Positions 55,070 to 64,000 of a stretch of DNA of 64,000 nucleotides are shown piece after piece. The stretch lies in the NCBI GenBank assembly GCA_001783715.1, contig MFNF01000027.1, forward strand, positions 3,290-67,289, written 5' to 3'. The DNA is from Candidatus Lambdaproteobacteria bacterium RIFOXYD2_FULL_56_26. Lineage in GTDB: Bacteria > SAR324 > XYD2-FULL-50-16. The translations under genes were made by a program, and so were the position numbers. Each line of letters starts with the position of its first letter. Positions within the stretch are counted from its first letter, which is position 1. The notes below the pieces were generated by a model. It saw only the letters and a program-made list of their open reading frames with translations. It was not told the origin of the DNA and searched no databases.

Positions 55070-55761
55070 GCCTCGCTTCCTGGCTCAGCCCTGGCCGGTG
55101 GTGCTACCAGTGCCATCGCTGGATTGCCCCGGAGGTCCACCTGCCCGCCCCCTCACTTTGCCCTGCCTGCCACGAGGCCCTGCCCTGGTTCCGGCGGGAG
55201 ATCTGTTTTTTTTGTGGCCATGTCCACTTGAGCGGGGAATGCCGGGAGGACTTTGAGGCGGAAATCACCGACTACCAAGCGATTTTTACCTACCAAGAGC
55301 CGATCAGCCATTGGGTTTCCGGGCTCAAGTATTCCCGCAACCTTTTGGCCGGGCGCATCTTGCGGGCCTTGACTGAAGCTTGGCTGTTGGAGCACAAGGA
55401 TTGGGTTTTGGGCTACGACCTGATGGCCCCGGTGCCGATCCACTCGGCCCGCCTTCGGGTCCGGGGGTTCAACCAGACCAGCTTCCTGGTCGCCCGGCAG
55501 ACCTTGGTCCCCTTGGAGCTCAACCTCCTGCACAAGGTGAAATACACCAAACACCAAGCGGCCCTTCGGGGCAAGTCCCGATACACCAACCTCACAAAAA
55601 GTTTTGCCGCCGATCCGGCAGTGGAAGGCAAAAAGATTTTGCTTTTTGACGATGTCTGCACCACCGGCCAAACCTTAAACCAACTGGCCTACACCCTCAA
55701 ACGAGCCGGAGCCGAAGAAGTCGGGGCACTGAGCCTGGGGCGGACCAAGGGGCAGATGTAG
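55066..55761 (+). CDS. comF: ComF family protein (zinc ribbons plus PRTase domain)
   Basis: CxxC pairs; PVPIH..RLRVRGFNQ; LLFDDVCTTGQT. Confidence 0.9.
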   Translation: MSLASWLSPGRWCYQCHRWIAPEVHLPAPSLCPACHEALPWFRREICFFCGHVHLSGECREDFEAEITDYQAIFTYQEPISHWVSGLKYSRNLLAGRILRALTEAWLLEHKDWVLGYDLMAPVPIHSARLRVRGFNQTSFLVARQTLVPLELNLLHKVKYTKHQAALRGKSRYTNLTKSFAADPAVEGKKILLFDDVCTTGQTLNQLAYTLKRAGAEEVGALSLGRTKGQM

Positions 55762-55874
55762 GTTAAAGGGGATTCCAAAATCGGATATCCAGGAAGCCCC
55801 AGGGCTCACCGCATGGCCTCGAGTGAACCGTTTGTCGGGGTTTATTGATTGAATTTTAATCCAAAAGGAGCAAA

Positions 55875-56420
55875 ATGCGTGGGATTCTGTTGGTTTTTGT
55901 TTTGGCACTGCTGGGGGCGGGGGAGGGGAAGGCTTGGTTGTTTGAGCAAGGAGTAAACGAACCGGAAAAGGTGCACACCGCTGGGCTAGCGTCCAGGTCG
56001 TTTTTGGTTTATGGCCGTGGGCACAAACAGGTGGTCGGGTTCGGCGGGTTCCAGTGGACGGAATTGATCATGGCCCAGTCAAAAAAATTTAATACTGATT
56101 TTTCGGTGGAAGAATCCGGCTTTGTGGTTGGTCCGGTAAACGGGTGGGAGCAAAAGGAAGGCTCCGAATGGGTTGACCTGAACGGCCACGGTCTTGGTGG
56201 GGAGTTCTACTACCAGAAAGGGTTTTATCTCGGGTTTTTTTTCGCCAGCTTGGGGATCAGTGGGGCGGCGGTGGCGGTGGACGGACCGACGCAACAACCT
56301 AGGTTGATCGCCGCCGTCAGCCCCTATGCGGCCCTTTCGGTGATGGTTTACCCCTACGTTTTGTTGGGTTGGAGGTTTGGTTACAATTACGCCGGGATGG
56401 AAATGTACGTGATGTACTGA
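55875..56420 (+). CDS. Hypothetical exported protein, possible small beta-barrel OMP
   Basis: AAGGAG RBS; signal peptide; Gly/aromatic alternating strands; C-terminal Tyr. Confidence 0.65.
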   Translation: MRGILLVFVLALLGAGEGKAWLFEQGVNEPEKVHTAGLASRSFLVYGRGHKQVVGFGGFQWTELIMAQSKKFNTDFSVEESGFVVGPVNGWEQKEGSEWVDLNGHGLGGEFYYQKGFYLGFFFASLGISGAAVAVDGPTQQPRLIAAVSPYAALSVMVYPYVLLGWRFGYNYAGMEMYVMY

Positions 56421-56521
56421 GGACCCCAAAGAGTCCTCGATAATGGAATTTATGGTTCCCCAGCCCCGGCTATTGCATTTTAGACTTTGGTGGCGCAAGG
56501 CTTTACAGCCTGTCTGCGGTT

Positions 56522-57643
56522 TTACTCGTTGTAATACCCCAAGTCCGTAGGCCGGTAGAAGAAGGCCAGGATGTCTTGGTAGCGGTAGTTTTTTTCCGCC
56601 ATTTCCTTGGCTGCCCATTGGCAGAGGCCAACGCCGTGGCCATTGCCTTGGCCGTTGATCACAAAGCCGGATTCGGAAGGGCTGACTTCAAAAAGCAGGC
56701 TGGGCAGCTTTTCGTAACCTACCAGTCGGCGAAAGTCTCGGGCCAAAATCACTTGCCGCTTTTGTCCGGTCAGGATCAATTCAAAGGCCCGGCCTGAAGG
56801 GGTCCGTTGGCCGATCTCTAGGCTTTCTACCTCATCGGGGGCGAGGCCGGCTTGGGCCAGGACCTCAGAGAGCTGGGCCGGACTGACTTGGGTTTCCCAG
56901 AAGTACCGGGGGTCTTCGCTGCCAAAGGGGACTTCGGTGGTGGGGTAGTAGGGCAGGGAAAAGTCCCACAAGGTCCCTGGGTCTTCGGTCACACCGCCAC
57001 AGTTGGAATGGTAGTAGGTCATGGCCAGATGGCCTTGGTAGCTGACCACTACCCCACGGGTCTTTTCAATCGCCTGCCTCGCCCTGGGGTCGGAGACTCC
57101 TTTGCCCAGGTACATTTGGTCGGCGGTGCCCGACTTGAGGTGCCAGAGTGAATTGCGCCGTTCGTGGCGGCGGTAGAGGGCGTAGGTTCGGGCGATGACT
57201 GCTTGGGCCTTGACCGCCTCCATCGCCCAGCTGGTCTTGATCTCCCCGCCCAGCACCCCTTCCAAGTAACTTTCCACCGGGACATGGTTGATCAGGTAAA
57301 CCCCGCCCTTGTGGGGCACCAGCTCCATGAACCCCTCATACCGTTTGGGCCGGTGGCCGTGACGTTTGAGGGTGATTTCCCCTTTGGGGTAGAGATAAAC
57401 CACCGATCGGGTCCGTTGGTAGCCGCCGTAGTTGACCACTCCCCGGCCCTCCGGGGTGACCTCGATCTTGGTCAGCGGCCCTTCCAGTTCCACCCCCTTG
57501 ACCGTCATCCCGCCCCGAGCAGAGAGGCTGTAGGCCTCCAGACCGCTGAAAACCAAGACCTTGAGCTCCGGGTCGGTATATCCGGCGAAGGCCCAATGGG
57601 GAACCAACAAGGCAAACAACAGGGTGAGCAAACGAAGGTTCAT
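56522..57643 (-). CDS. SpoIID/LytB domain protein (lytic transglycosylase-like)
   Basis: ESYLEGVL.GE, EAVKAQAVIARTYA, YHSNCGG.TE, GNGHGVGLCQW.A. Confidence 0.92.
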   Translation of the reverse strand: MNLRLLTLLFALLVPHWAFAGYTDPELKVLVFSGLEAYSLSARGGMTVKGVELEGPLTKIEVTPEGRGVVNYGGYQRTRSVVYLYPKGEITLKRHGHRPKRYEGFMELVPHKGGVYLINHVPVESYLEGVLGGEIKTSWAMEAVKAQAVIARTYALYRRHERRNSLWHLKSGTADQMYLGKGVSDPRARQAIEKTRGVVVSYQGHLAMTYYHSNCGGVTEDPGTLWDFSLPYYPTTEVPFGSEDPRYFWETQVSPAQLSEVLAQAGLAPDEVESLEIGQRTPSGRAFELILTGQKRQVILARDFRRLVGYEKLPSLLFEVSPSESGFVINGQGNGHGVGLCQWAAKEMAEKNYRYQDILAFFYRPTDLGYYNE

Positions 57644-57711
57644 CAAGACCAAGGCAGAGGGGCTAAAAAAGAGTCCTTTAGGTCCAAGGTCAATTCCAGA
57701 ACCGTACCAAA

Positions 57712-58659
57712 TCAGCCTGCCACTTCCACCCGGATCAGGTGCGCCCTGCCTTCGACCATCAGCCCGTCCTTGAGGTCGATCCGCCAACCGCCCTTGCCGC
57801 TTTGGGCCAATTTAAAAATCTCCTCCAGCTGCCGGTGGCCGATTTCCCGGCACCCTTTGTGGAGCAAAAACCGGTGGATCAGCTCCAGGGCAAACAAGGG
57901 CACCAGACCGGCAAGGCTTTGGTAATCCAAGGTGGGGCTGGTCCAAAGGGAGGGATCGAAGGTCTGGTCGAACCAGATTTGCAGGTCTTCCGCCTCGCCG
58001 GCCAGTTTGGCCAGTTTGTCCACCGCCGAGGTCCCCGCCAATTCGCTCATCAGGGGGATCAACTGCCTGCGGATGCGGTTCCTCAAATAGTCGTCACTCT
58101 CGTTGCTGGGGTCTTCCCTCCAGTCTTGGCCGATCCGGTTCAAATAAGCCAAAAGGTCGCCACGAGCCAGACCCAACAGGGGGCGGAACCAAGGCTCCTC
58201 CAGCAGGGTCAGTCCACAAAGCCCAAACAAGGAGGTGCCCCGCAACATTCGCCAGAGCAGGGTTTCGGCCAAGTCGTTTTGTTGGTGGCCCAGGGCGATT
58301 TTGCTGCACTGCATCTCCGCCGCCCGCTCCAACAGGACCCTTCTGCGCCACAACCTGGAGGCTCCTTGGACCCCGGTGGATTCAAAGGGGGCGGCGGGGT
58401 AGTAAACCTCCAGGGGCAGGTTGAGGTTTTTGGCGGTTTCCCGGCAAAAACTCTCTTCTTCCTCCGACTCCGGGCGAATTTGGTGGTTAAAGTGCACCAA
58501 GGTCAATTCCCAATCAAGCGTCTTTTGCCATTCCTGGCAGATCCGTACCAAGGCGGTGGAATCCGGTCCGCCGCTCCAGGAAACCAAAACCCGTTGGCCC
58601 GGAGGCAGCAGGCCCGTTTGGGTCAGGTCCTTGTAAAGTTGGTAGGCCAGCGGGTCCAT
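57712..58659 (-). CDS. tilS: tRNA(Ile)-lysidine synthetase (short form)
   Basis: SGGPDS, HFNH.IR, GHQQNDLAET, RPLL, EDPSN....YLRNRIR. Confidence 0.93.
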   Translation of the reverse strand: MDPLAYQLYKDLTQTGLLPPGQRVLVSWSGGPDSTALVRICQEWQKTLDWELTLVHFNHQIRPESEEEESFCRETAKNLNLPLEVYYPAAPFESTGVQGASRLWRRRVLLERAAEMQCSKIALGHQQNDLAETLLWRMLRGTSLFGLCGLTLLEEPWFRPLLGLARGDLLAYLNRIGQDWREDPSNESDDYLRNRIRRQLIPLMSELAGTSAVDKLAKLAGEAEDLQIWFDQTFDPSLWTSPTLDYQSLAGLVPLFALELIHRFLLHKGCREIGHRQLEEIFKLAQSGKGGWRIDLKDGLMVEGRAHLIRVEVAG

Positions 58660-58663
58660 GGGG

Positions 58664-59506
58664 CTAGGGAGGGGAAACCTTGAGGTTGTCGATCAGCCGG
58701 ACTTGGCCCAGGTACACCGCCAGACTGACCAGCACCTCGGACTCAATCACGTTGACCGGGCTCAGGTCCTTCGGGTCGGAAATAGCAATGTAATCCACCA
58801 CGGCGGCCACCGAAGACTCGACGATCCCCGCCATCTCGGCGATCAGCTCCGAAGCGTCCTTGGCCCCCGCTTCGATCCGGTCTTTGCAATAAGACAAAGC
58901 TTTGTACAGCAACATCGCCTCGGCCCGTTGGTCCGGGGAAAGTCGGGCGTTGCGGCTGCTCATTGCCAGTCCGTCCGGCTCCCGCAGGGTGGGGCAGGGG
59001 ACGATGGTGAGGCGAAAGTTGAGGTCCTGGACCATCTTTTGGATCACCAAAAGCTGCTGTGCGTCCTTTTCCCCAAAGTAGGCACAGGTCGGGGTGAACA
59101 GGTGGAACAGTTTGGAAACAATGGTGGTTACCCCGTCAAAATGGCCGGGTCTGGCGCTGCCTTCCAGGGGCCTGGAGAGCTCGCCGACCGTGACCTTGCA
59201 GTCGAACCCGGCGGGGTAAATCAGTTCGGGAGCCGGCAAGAAAACCAAGTCGCACCCCGCATTTTCAAGCAACTTGAGGTCCTGCGCCGGGTTCCGAGGG
59301 TAGTTTTTTAGGTCCTCGGCATTGTTGAACTGTAGGGGGTTCACAAAGATACTGACCGCCACCCGTTGGTTTTCCCGTTTGGCCCGCTCCACCAGCGAGG
59401 CATGACCGGCGTGCAGGTAGCCCATGGTGGGGACCAGTCCCAAGGTCTGTTGGGGGGCGGAGTCCAGCCAGGCGAAGAGGTCCTTTGTTTGATCCACAAC
59501 TATCAT
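58664..59506 (-). CDS. panC: Pantoate-beta-alanine ligase
   Basis: VPTMGYLHAGH, SIFVNPLQF, RPGHFDGV, FGEKD.QQ, GLAMSSRN, RLIDN. Confidence 0.97.
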   Translation of the reverse strand: MIVVDQTKDLFAWLDSAPQQTLGLVPTMGYLHAGHASLVERAKRENQRVAVSIFVNPLQFNNAEDLKNYPRNPAQDLKLLENAGCDLVFLPAPELIYPAGFDCKVTVGELSRPLEGSARPGHFDGVTTIVSKLFHLFTPTCAYFGEKDAQQLLVIQKMVQDLNFRLTIVPCPTLREPDGLAMSSRNARLSPDQRAEAMLLYKALSYCKDRIEAGAKDASELIAEMAGIVESSVAAVVDYIAISDPKDLSPVNVIESEVLVSLAVYLGQVRLIDNLKVSPP

Positions 59507-59576
59507 CTTGGCAGGGGCAGTAGGGTTTGGTAGCCTAGCCTAACCGAAAGTCCCATCCTTTTGCCAGCCTCTTTTG

Positions 59577-60593
59577 ATGACGATGCCCAAGAATGGCCTG
59601 TTGTTGGTAAACCTAGGCAGTCCCGATGCCCCCGATGAAGCATCGGTGCGCCGGTACCTCCAGGAATTTTTGAGTGACCCGCGGGTGATGGACATTCCCG
59701 CTTGGAGCCGATTTTTGATCCTCCGGCTGTTTATTTTGCCCAAACGGCCCAAAAAGGTGGCCCCCCTGTACCGTGCGATTTGGACCGACCAAGGCTCCCC
59801 CCTGGTGGCCTATGGGAAACAGTTGGCCCAGGGGGTACAGGAGGCCTTGGGGCCTACCTGGAAGGTTGCCTTGGGGATGCGTTACGGGGAGCCTTCCTTG
59901 GAGAGCGCCTTGGAGCAGTTGCAGGGGATCGGTCACCTGGCTGTGCTGCCCCTCTTCCCCCAGTACGCTTCGGCGACCACCGGTTCGGTGATTGAGCGTC
60001 TGATGGAGTTGCTAGGGGGGCAAAAGGTCTTCCCCCAACTGGCGATCCAACCCAGCTTTTACCAAGACCCGGCCTTTTTGGATGCCTTTGCCCTCCGGGG
60101 GCGGGGGCTGTGGTCCGCCGGGTTTGACCACCTGCTGTTCAGCTTCCACGGCTTGCCCGAGCGACACCTGACCCAAGCGGACCGCACCGGCCATTGTTTG
60201 AACGGCCCCGAATGCTGCAAGGCCCCAGGGGCGGCGGAGCGGGGCTGTTACAAGGCCCAATGTCTGGCAACCGCCCAGGGTCTGGCCGCAAGGTTGGAGG
60301 TCCCCCCGGACCGTTGGTCGGTCGCCTTCCAGTCGAGGATGGGCAAGGAAGTCTGGCTGGGTCCCCATTTCGACCAAGAGCTGGAGCGGTTGGTCCAGGC
60401 GGGGGTCAAGCGGTTGATGGTGTACAGCCCCAGCTTTGTGGCGGACTGCCTGGAAACCTTGGAAGAAATCGGGGTTGCAGGGGCGAAGCGTTTCCGGGCC
60501 TTGGGCGGCGAAGGTCTGGCCTTGGTTCCCTCGCTCAACCAGGGCAGCGATTGGGTGCAGGCGGTGGCCAAATTCGCCGAACGAACCTTCTAA
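59577..60593 (+). CDS. hemH: Ferrochelatase
   Basis: LVNLGSP, FLSDPRV, MRYGEP, LFPQY, SFHGLP, FQSR, FVADCLETLEEI. Confidence 0.96.
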   Translation: MTMPKNGLLLVNLGSPDAPDEASVRRYLQEFLSDPRVMDIPAWSRFLILRLFILPKRPKKVAPLYRAIWTDQGSPLVAYGKQLAQGVQEALGPTWKVALGMRYGEPSLESALEQLQGIGHLAVLPLFPQYASATTGSVIERLMELLGGQKVFPQLAIQPSFYQDPAFLDAFALRGRGLWSAGFDHLLFSFHGLPERHLTQADRTGHCLNGPECCKAPGAAERGCYKAQCLATAQGLAARLEVPPDRWSVAFQSRMGKEVWLGPHFDQELERLVQAGVKRLMVYSPSFVADCLETLEEIGVAGAKRFRALGGEGLALVPSLNQGSDWVQAVAKFAERTF

Positions 60594-60640
60594 AGCCCCC
60601 CTAAAGCCCCCTTTTTGGCCCTCCAACAGTGGGCCCCACC

Positions 60641-61897
60641 CTACCTAGCCGCATCCTCACGGTTCATGTTGGACAGCACCCGAATGTGGCTCTGGGCGGT
60701 TTGGGCAAAGTTTTTGGCTTTGCTTTGGTCTTTTTTGACCAAGCTTTCCATGGCGGTCAGGGCGACGGCCACCATCTTGGCCTGTTCTCCGCCCTGGAAG
60801 AGCCCGGCGGTGTTGATGGTGGCGGTGGCCAGATTGATGAAAGGGTCGGCCTCAAAGGCCTGGAACACCCCGTGGGGCTCCATCTGGTTGACAGCCGCCA
60901 TGTTTTCCTGGAAGAGGATCCGGCCAATCTGGCGCATCCGTTCCTCGGCTTTTTCCGCCACCGCCAGCTTCATCAGGAGATTGAGCCGGACCGAAGAGAT
61001 GGAGACCCGGCGCAGCGCCAACATCAAGTTGGAAGCGGGCATCGCCTCCAAGAGCCGGTCGATCAAGGGGTGCAAGATCGGCACCCGAGCGAAGGCGACA
61101 GCCATGGCGTAAACGAAGGTGATGGTCTCGGTGGCGTTAAAAAAACCGACCATTTCCTTGGGCTTGCCTGCCTCAATTGCTTCGGCGGCCTTGGCGATCC
61201 GGGCGAAGGTGAAATAATGGGGGTTGGCGTTGGAGAGGATCCGCTTCTTGAGGTGGGAGATGATGTTACTGGCCTTGGCCTCTTCATCGGCCAGGAGCCA
61301 GCCCAGGGTCTCGGCAAAGTCGAGCTTGGCCTTCTCGATGGCCAGTTTTTCCCCCCGCAATTCCTTGTGCAGCTTGTCGAAGTGCCGTTTGTAGCGCTCC
61401 ATCAGGAGGTGATAAAGTCGGAAAAAATTTTCCGCATTGTAAAGGCTGACCCCGTCGTAGATCAAGGCGGAGGCAGCGTCCCGGTTGGCCAGCTTGAGGG
61501 CGCTGAACATGCCCAAGGGGTTGGCGGAATTGACGTTGATCCCGTGGGTACAAATCGCCGAGAGCATCAACAGGCTCGGGTTGTAGGGGTAAAACTTGAG
61601 CTGCTTTTGGATCAAGGCCAGGGTGTTGCCCGGCGACTGGGCGGCCAACTTTCGCAGCTCGTCCAGCTCTGGGTCGGGAAGATCCTTTTTGACCAACCCG
61701 AACAACTGGCTCCCCAGCCTCTTGGTGACGTTGGGCAGGGAGATGCTCCAGTAGTCCGACCGAGCGGGGATCGGCAGGGACAAAGCCTCTTCCAGCCGGA
61801 CCATCAAGGGGCCTTCGCCGGTGATGCTGTCTGAGGGTAGGGGTTTGTTGGGGCTAGCCATAGTTTTGACCCATTTCGGGTCTGGGACAGTTTCCAT
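60641..61897 (-). CDS. Hypothetical all-helical protein (418 aa)
   Basis: Long protein-like ORF with typical codon usage; no recognised motif. Confidence 0.75.
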   Translation of the reverse strand: METVPDPKWVKTMASPNKPLPSDSITGEGPLMVRLEEALSLPIPARSDYWSISLPNVTKRLGSQLFGLVKKDLPDPELDELRKLAAQSPGNTLALIQKQLKFYPYNPSLLMLSAICTHGINVNSANPLGMFSALKLANRDAASALIYDGVSLYNAENFFRLYHLLMERYKRHFDKLHKELRGEKLAIEKAKLDFAETLGWLLADEEAKASNIISHLKKRILSNANPHYFTFARIAKAAEAIEAGKPKEMVGFFNATETITFVYAMAVAFARVPILHPLIDRLLEAMPASNLMLALRRVSISSVRLNLLMKLAVAEKAEERMRQIGRILFQENMAAVNQMEPHGVFQAFEADPFINLATATINTAGLFQGGEQAKMVAVALTAMESLVKKDQSKAKNFAQTAQSHIRVLSNMNREDAAR

Positions 61898-62092
61898 TCA
61901 AGCCCAAGAGTTGGGCTTACATTTGTTCTTCAAGGGGCATTGGGCTAGACTTTCGACTCTTTTTGCCCCACTATAAAAAAGTCAGGTTGGTCTGGCGGTT
62001 TGACTCTAATCGACCTCTTTTGGTTGATCAAGAATTTCTTTGGGTTGTAGGTTTTTAGCCCCCTGGGAATGGCTTAAAAAACGGAGGTAACA

Positions 62093-62368
62093 ATGGAGAT
62101 CGCCAAACGTCTTTTTGTCGCCGGTCTGGTCCAAGGGGTTTATTACCGGGCCAATTGCCAGCAAAAGGCCCGTGAACTGGGCCTCAAGGGATATGTCAGA
62201 AATTTGCGGGATGGCCGGGTGGAGGTTTTCTGCCAAGGACCACCCGAAGCGGTCCAAGCCTTGGAAAACTGGTGTTGGCAAGGCAGCCACGCCGCCAAGG
62301 TGGAGCAGGTCCAAGCTCTGACGGACCCGCTGGAGCCGGATCTTCACAACTTTAAAATCCTCTATTGA
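62093..62368 (+). CDS. acyP: Acylphosphatase
   Basis: GLVQGVYYR, GYVRNLRDGRVE; GGAGG RBS. Confidence 0.93.
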   Translation: MEIAKRLFVAGLVQGVYYRANCQQKARELGLKGYVRNLRDGRVEVFCQGPPEAVQALENWCWQGSHAAKVEQVQALTDPLEPDLHNFKILY

Positions 62369-62375
62369 CCCTTTT

Positions 62376-63497
62376 ATGTCCAAAACCATCCAGATTTCTC
62401 TGAGTCGCTTGGCCTACCAATATTCCGTCCAGATCGGTTCGGGAATTCTGACCCAAGGGTTGAAGGACCTCTTGCACAAGGAAGGGGAGAAACAGGTGAT
62501 GGTGATCACCAACGAAGTGGTGGATAGCCTTTACCCCCAAAAAATCGAGTCCTGTTTGCCCGAGGGGTACGTTGCGGCCAAGCTGGTATTGCCTGACGGC
62601 GAAAAAACCAAAAACCTGGAGACCCTCTCCAAAATCTACGACTTTTTGGCCCAAAGGGGGGCGAACCGCAAGAGCCTTTTGATTGCCTTCGGGGGCGGGG
62701 TGATCGGAGACATGGGCGGCTTTGCGGCGGCCACCTACATGAGGGGGATCAACTTCATCCAGGTCCCCACAACCCTGCTTTCCCAGGTGGACAGCAGCAT
62801 CGGCGGCAAGACGGCGGTCAACCATCCCCTCTCCAAAAACAGCATCGGTGCCTTCAAGCAGCCCTTGGGGACCTTGATCGACGTGGATTTTCTGGCCACC
62901 TTGGCGGACCGGGAGTTTGTGGCCGGATATGCGGAACTGCTCAAACACGCCCTGATCGCTGACCCATACTTGAACCAAATGCTCAAAAAGCAGTCCTTGT
63001 CGGCGCTGCACCAAGACCCGCACCTTTTGATCGAAGTAATCACTAGGAGCTGTCAGGTCAAGGCCAACGTGGTAGAGCAGGACGAACAGGAGAACTCGGT
63101 CCGGGCGTTGCTCAACTTTGGCCATACCTTGGGGCACTTCCTGGAAACCTACACCCACTACGACCGCTACCTCCACGGGGAAGCAGTGCTGGCGGGGATG
63201 GACTTTGCCGCCTTTTGGTCCCACCAGGAGGGGCACTTGGCCCCCAAGGACTTGGCAGAGGTTCACCGGCAGCTGCTGGCCGCCCAAGTGGTGGTCAAGA
63301 TTCCGCCGGTCTCCAAGGATCGGTTTTTGGAAATCGTTGGGCACGACAAAAAGGCCCAGTCCCAAGGGGTCAATTTTGTGGCCCTAACCGCCTTGGGGAG
63401 CGCAAGGATCGTCCCCAAGGTCCCCTTGGAAAGCCTTTGGCAGGCTTACCAAGCCTATTTGAAGGGCGAATCCCCCTTGATCCTGGAAGAGGGCTGA
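62376..63497 (+). CDS. aroB: 3-dehydroquinate synthase
   Basis: GGGVIGDMGGFAAATYMRG, PTTLLSQVDSSIGGKT, LNFGHTLGH, HGEAV. Confidence 0.97.
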   Translation: MSKTIQISLSRLAYQYSVQIGSGILTQGLKDLLHKEGEKQVMVITNEVVDSLYPQKIESCLPEGYVAAKLVLPDGEKTKNLETLSKIYDFLAQRGANRKSLLIAFGGGVIGDMGGFAAATYMRGINFIQVPTTLLSQVDSSIGGKTAVNHPLSKNSIGAFKQPLGTLIDVDFLATLADREFVAGYAELLKHALIADPYLNQMLKKQSLSALHQDPHLLIEVITRSCQVKANVVEQDEQENSVRALLNFGHTLGHFLETYTHYDRYLHGEAVLAGMDFAAFWSHQEGHLAPKDLAEVHRQLLAAQVVVKIPPVSKDRFLEIVGHDKKAQSQGVNFVALTALGSARIVPKVPLESLWQAYQAYLKGESPLILEEG

Positions 63498-63500
63498 ACC

Positions 63501-64000
63501 GTGAGGGGGGGGATCCGGGCCTGGGGCCTGGGCTTGAGTCTGTTGCTGGTCGGCTGTTCTGTCCCCAAGGCCCGGCTGGACCTGCGGCTGGACCCCGAGG
63601 GTTTTGCCCCGCCCCAAAGTGCGGCGGGGCAAGCCGAAATTCTTCCTGGAGCCTGGGCACTCGACCTGACCCCTACGCCCAAGGACCTGGAAACCTTGAT
63701 CGACCTTTGGAACGGAGACCTGGGCCAAAGGCTGGCTTTGACCGATCCGATCGGCCGGGTCGGCAGCGATGAAACCTGGAGGGTCCACCAACTGCTCTCC
63801 AGCCAGCTGAACGCTTGGTACCTTTGGATTGACCGGCCGGTGCCGGTGGAGGTGATCGGCGCTAAACTCTGCAAACCGTTGGGGGCAACCGAGTTGCTGT
63901 TTTTGACCCAAACCCGGTCCGAAGAGATTCGCCCTTGGGCTGGTCGGCTGGTCCTGGTCAGTCTGGCCGAACTGGCCATCCGCCGAGGGGCAGAGCCCCG
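63501..64000 (+). CDS. Hypothetical lipoprotein, runs off the window end
   Basis: GTG 3 bp after aroB; VRGGIRAWGLGLSLLLVGC lipobox; frame open to the window end. Confidence 0.65.
   Translation, partial: MRGGIRAWGLGLSLLLVGCSVPKARLDLRLDPEGFAPPQSAAGQAEILPGAWALDLTPTPKDLETLIDLWNGDLGQRLALTDPIGRVGSDETWRVHQLLSSQLNAWYLWIDRPVPVEVIGAKLCKPLGATELLFLTQTRSEEIRPWAGRLVLVSLAELAIRRGAEP

Noticed and set aside
60590-60611. Direct repeat CTAAAGCCCCC x2 after hemH
   Set aside because: Only two short units, with no associated element or target-site context
1-64000. tRNA, rRNA, CRISPR arrays, IS/integrase/phage genes and a sigma54 -24/-12 promoter for the NtrC-type regulator
   Set aside because: None recognised by eye in intergenic regions or ORFs; not confirmed computationally

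Overview
GC-rich bacterial chromosomal window, densely coding (about 60 genes, many joined by overlapping start/stop codons). It is mostly housekeeping: a mazG-rlmE-hslV-hslU-mqnP-hyp-htrA chain with a kinase/sigma54 regulator pair, plus tpx, acs, mlaA-mlaC-MMPL, an NAD(P) aldehyde dehydrogenase, a stand-alone fusA, mqnA, cinA, rpsU, lipA with a lipoate ligase, comF, spoIID-tilS-panC, hemH and acyP-aroB. Many lineage-specific hypothetical genes are interspersed. Futalosine-pathway genes and the type of EF-G suggest a deltaproteobacterial/SAR324-like diderm (inference only). I saw no rRNA, tRNA, CRISPR array or mobile element. Main findings: (1) a 47-bp, four-box, helically phased ATGTCC/ATGCCC array occurs twice, 13 kb apart, each time exactly 23 bp upstream of an extended -10 element. 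One copy precedes a secreted endonuclease I and a Cys-rich secreted peptide. The other precedes a Fis-HTH protein and sits directly behind an HTH-ankyrin gene, suggesting an undescribed regulon. (2) A 7TM-DISM hybrid kinase lacks its phospho-His and ends in a ChiS-type DNA-binding domain, next to a degenerate SiaC-like gene and a NarL regulator. (3) A long RNA stem buries the RBS and AUG of acs. (4) An EcsC-like gene is frameshifted. (5) The start codons of lipA and the lipoate ligase overlap head-to-head. All family assignments come from motif recognition by eye, not database searches.
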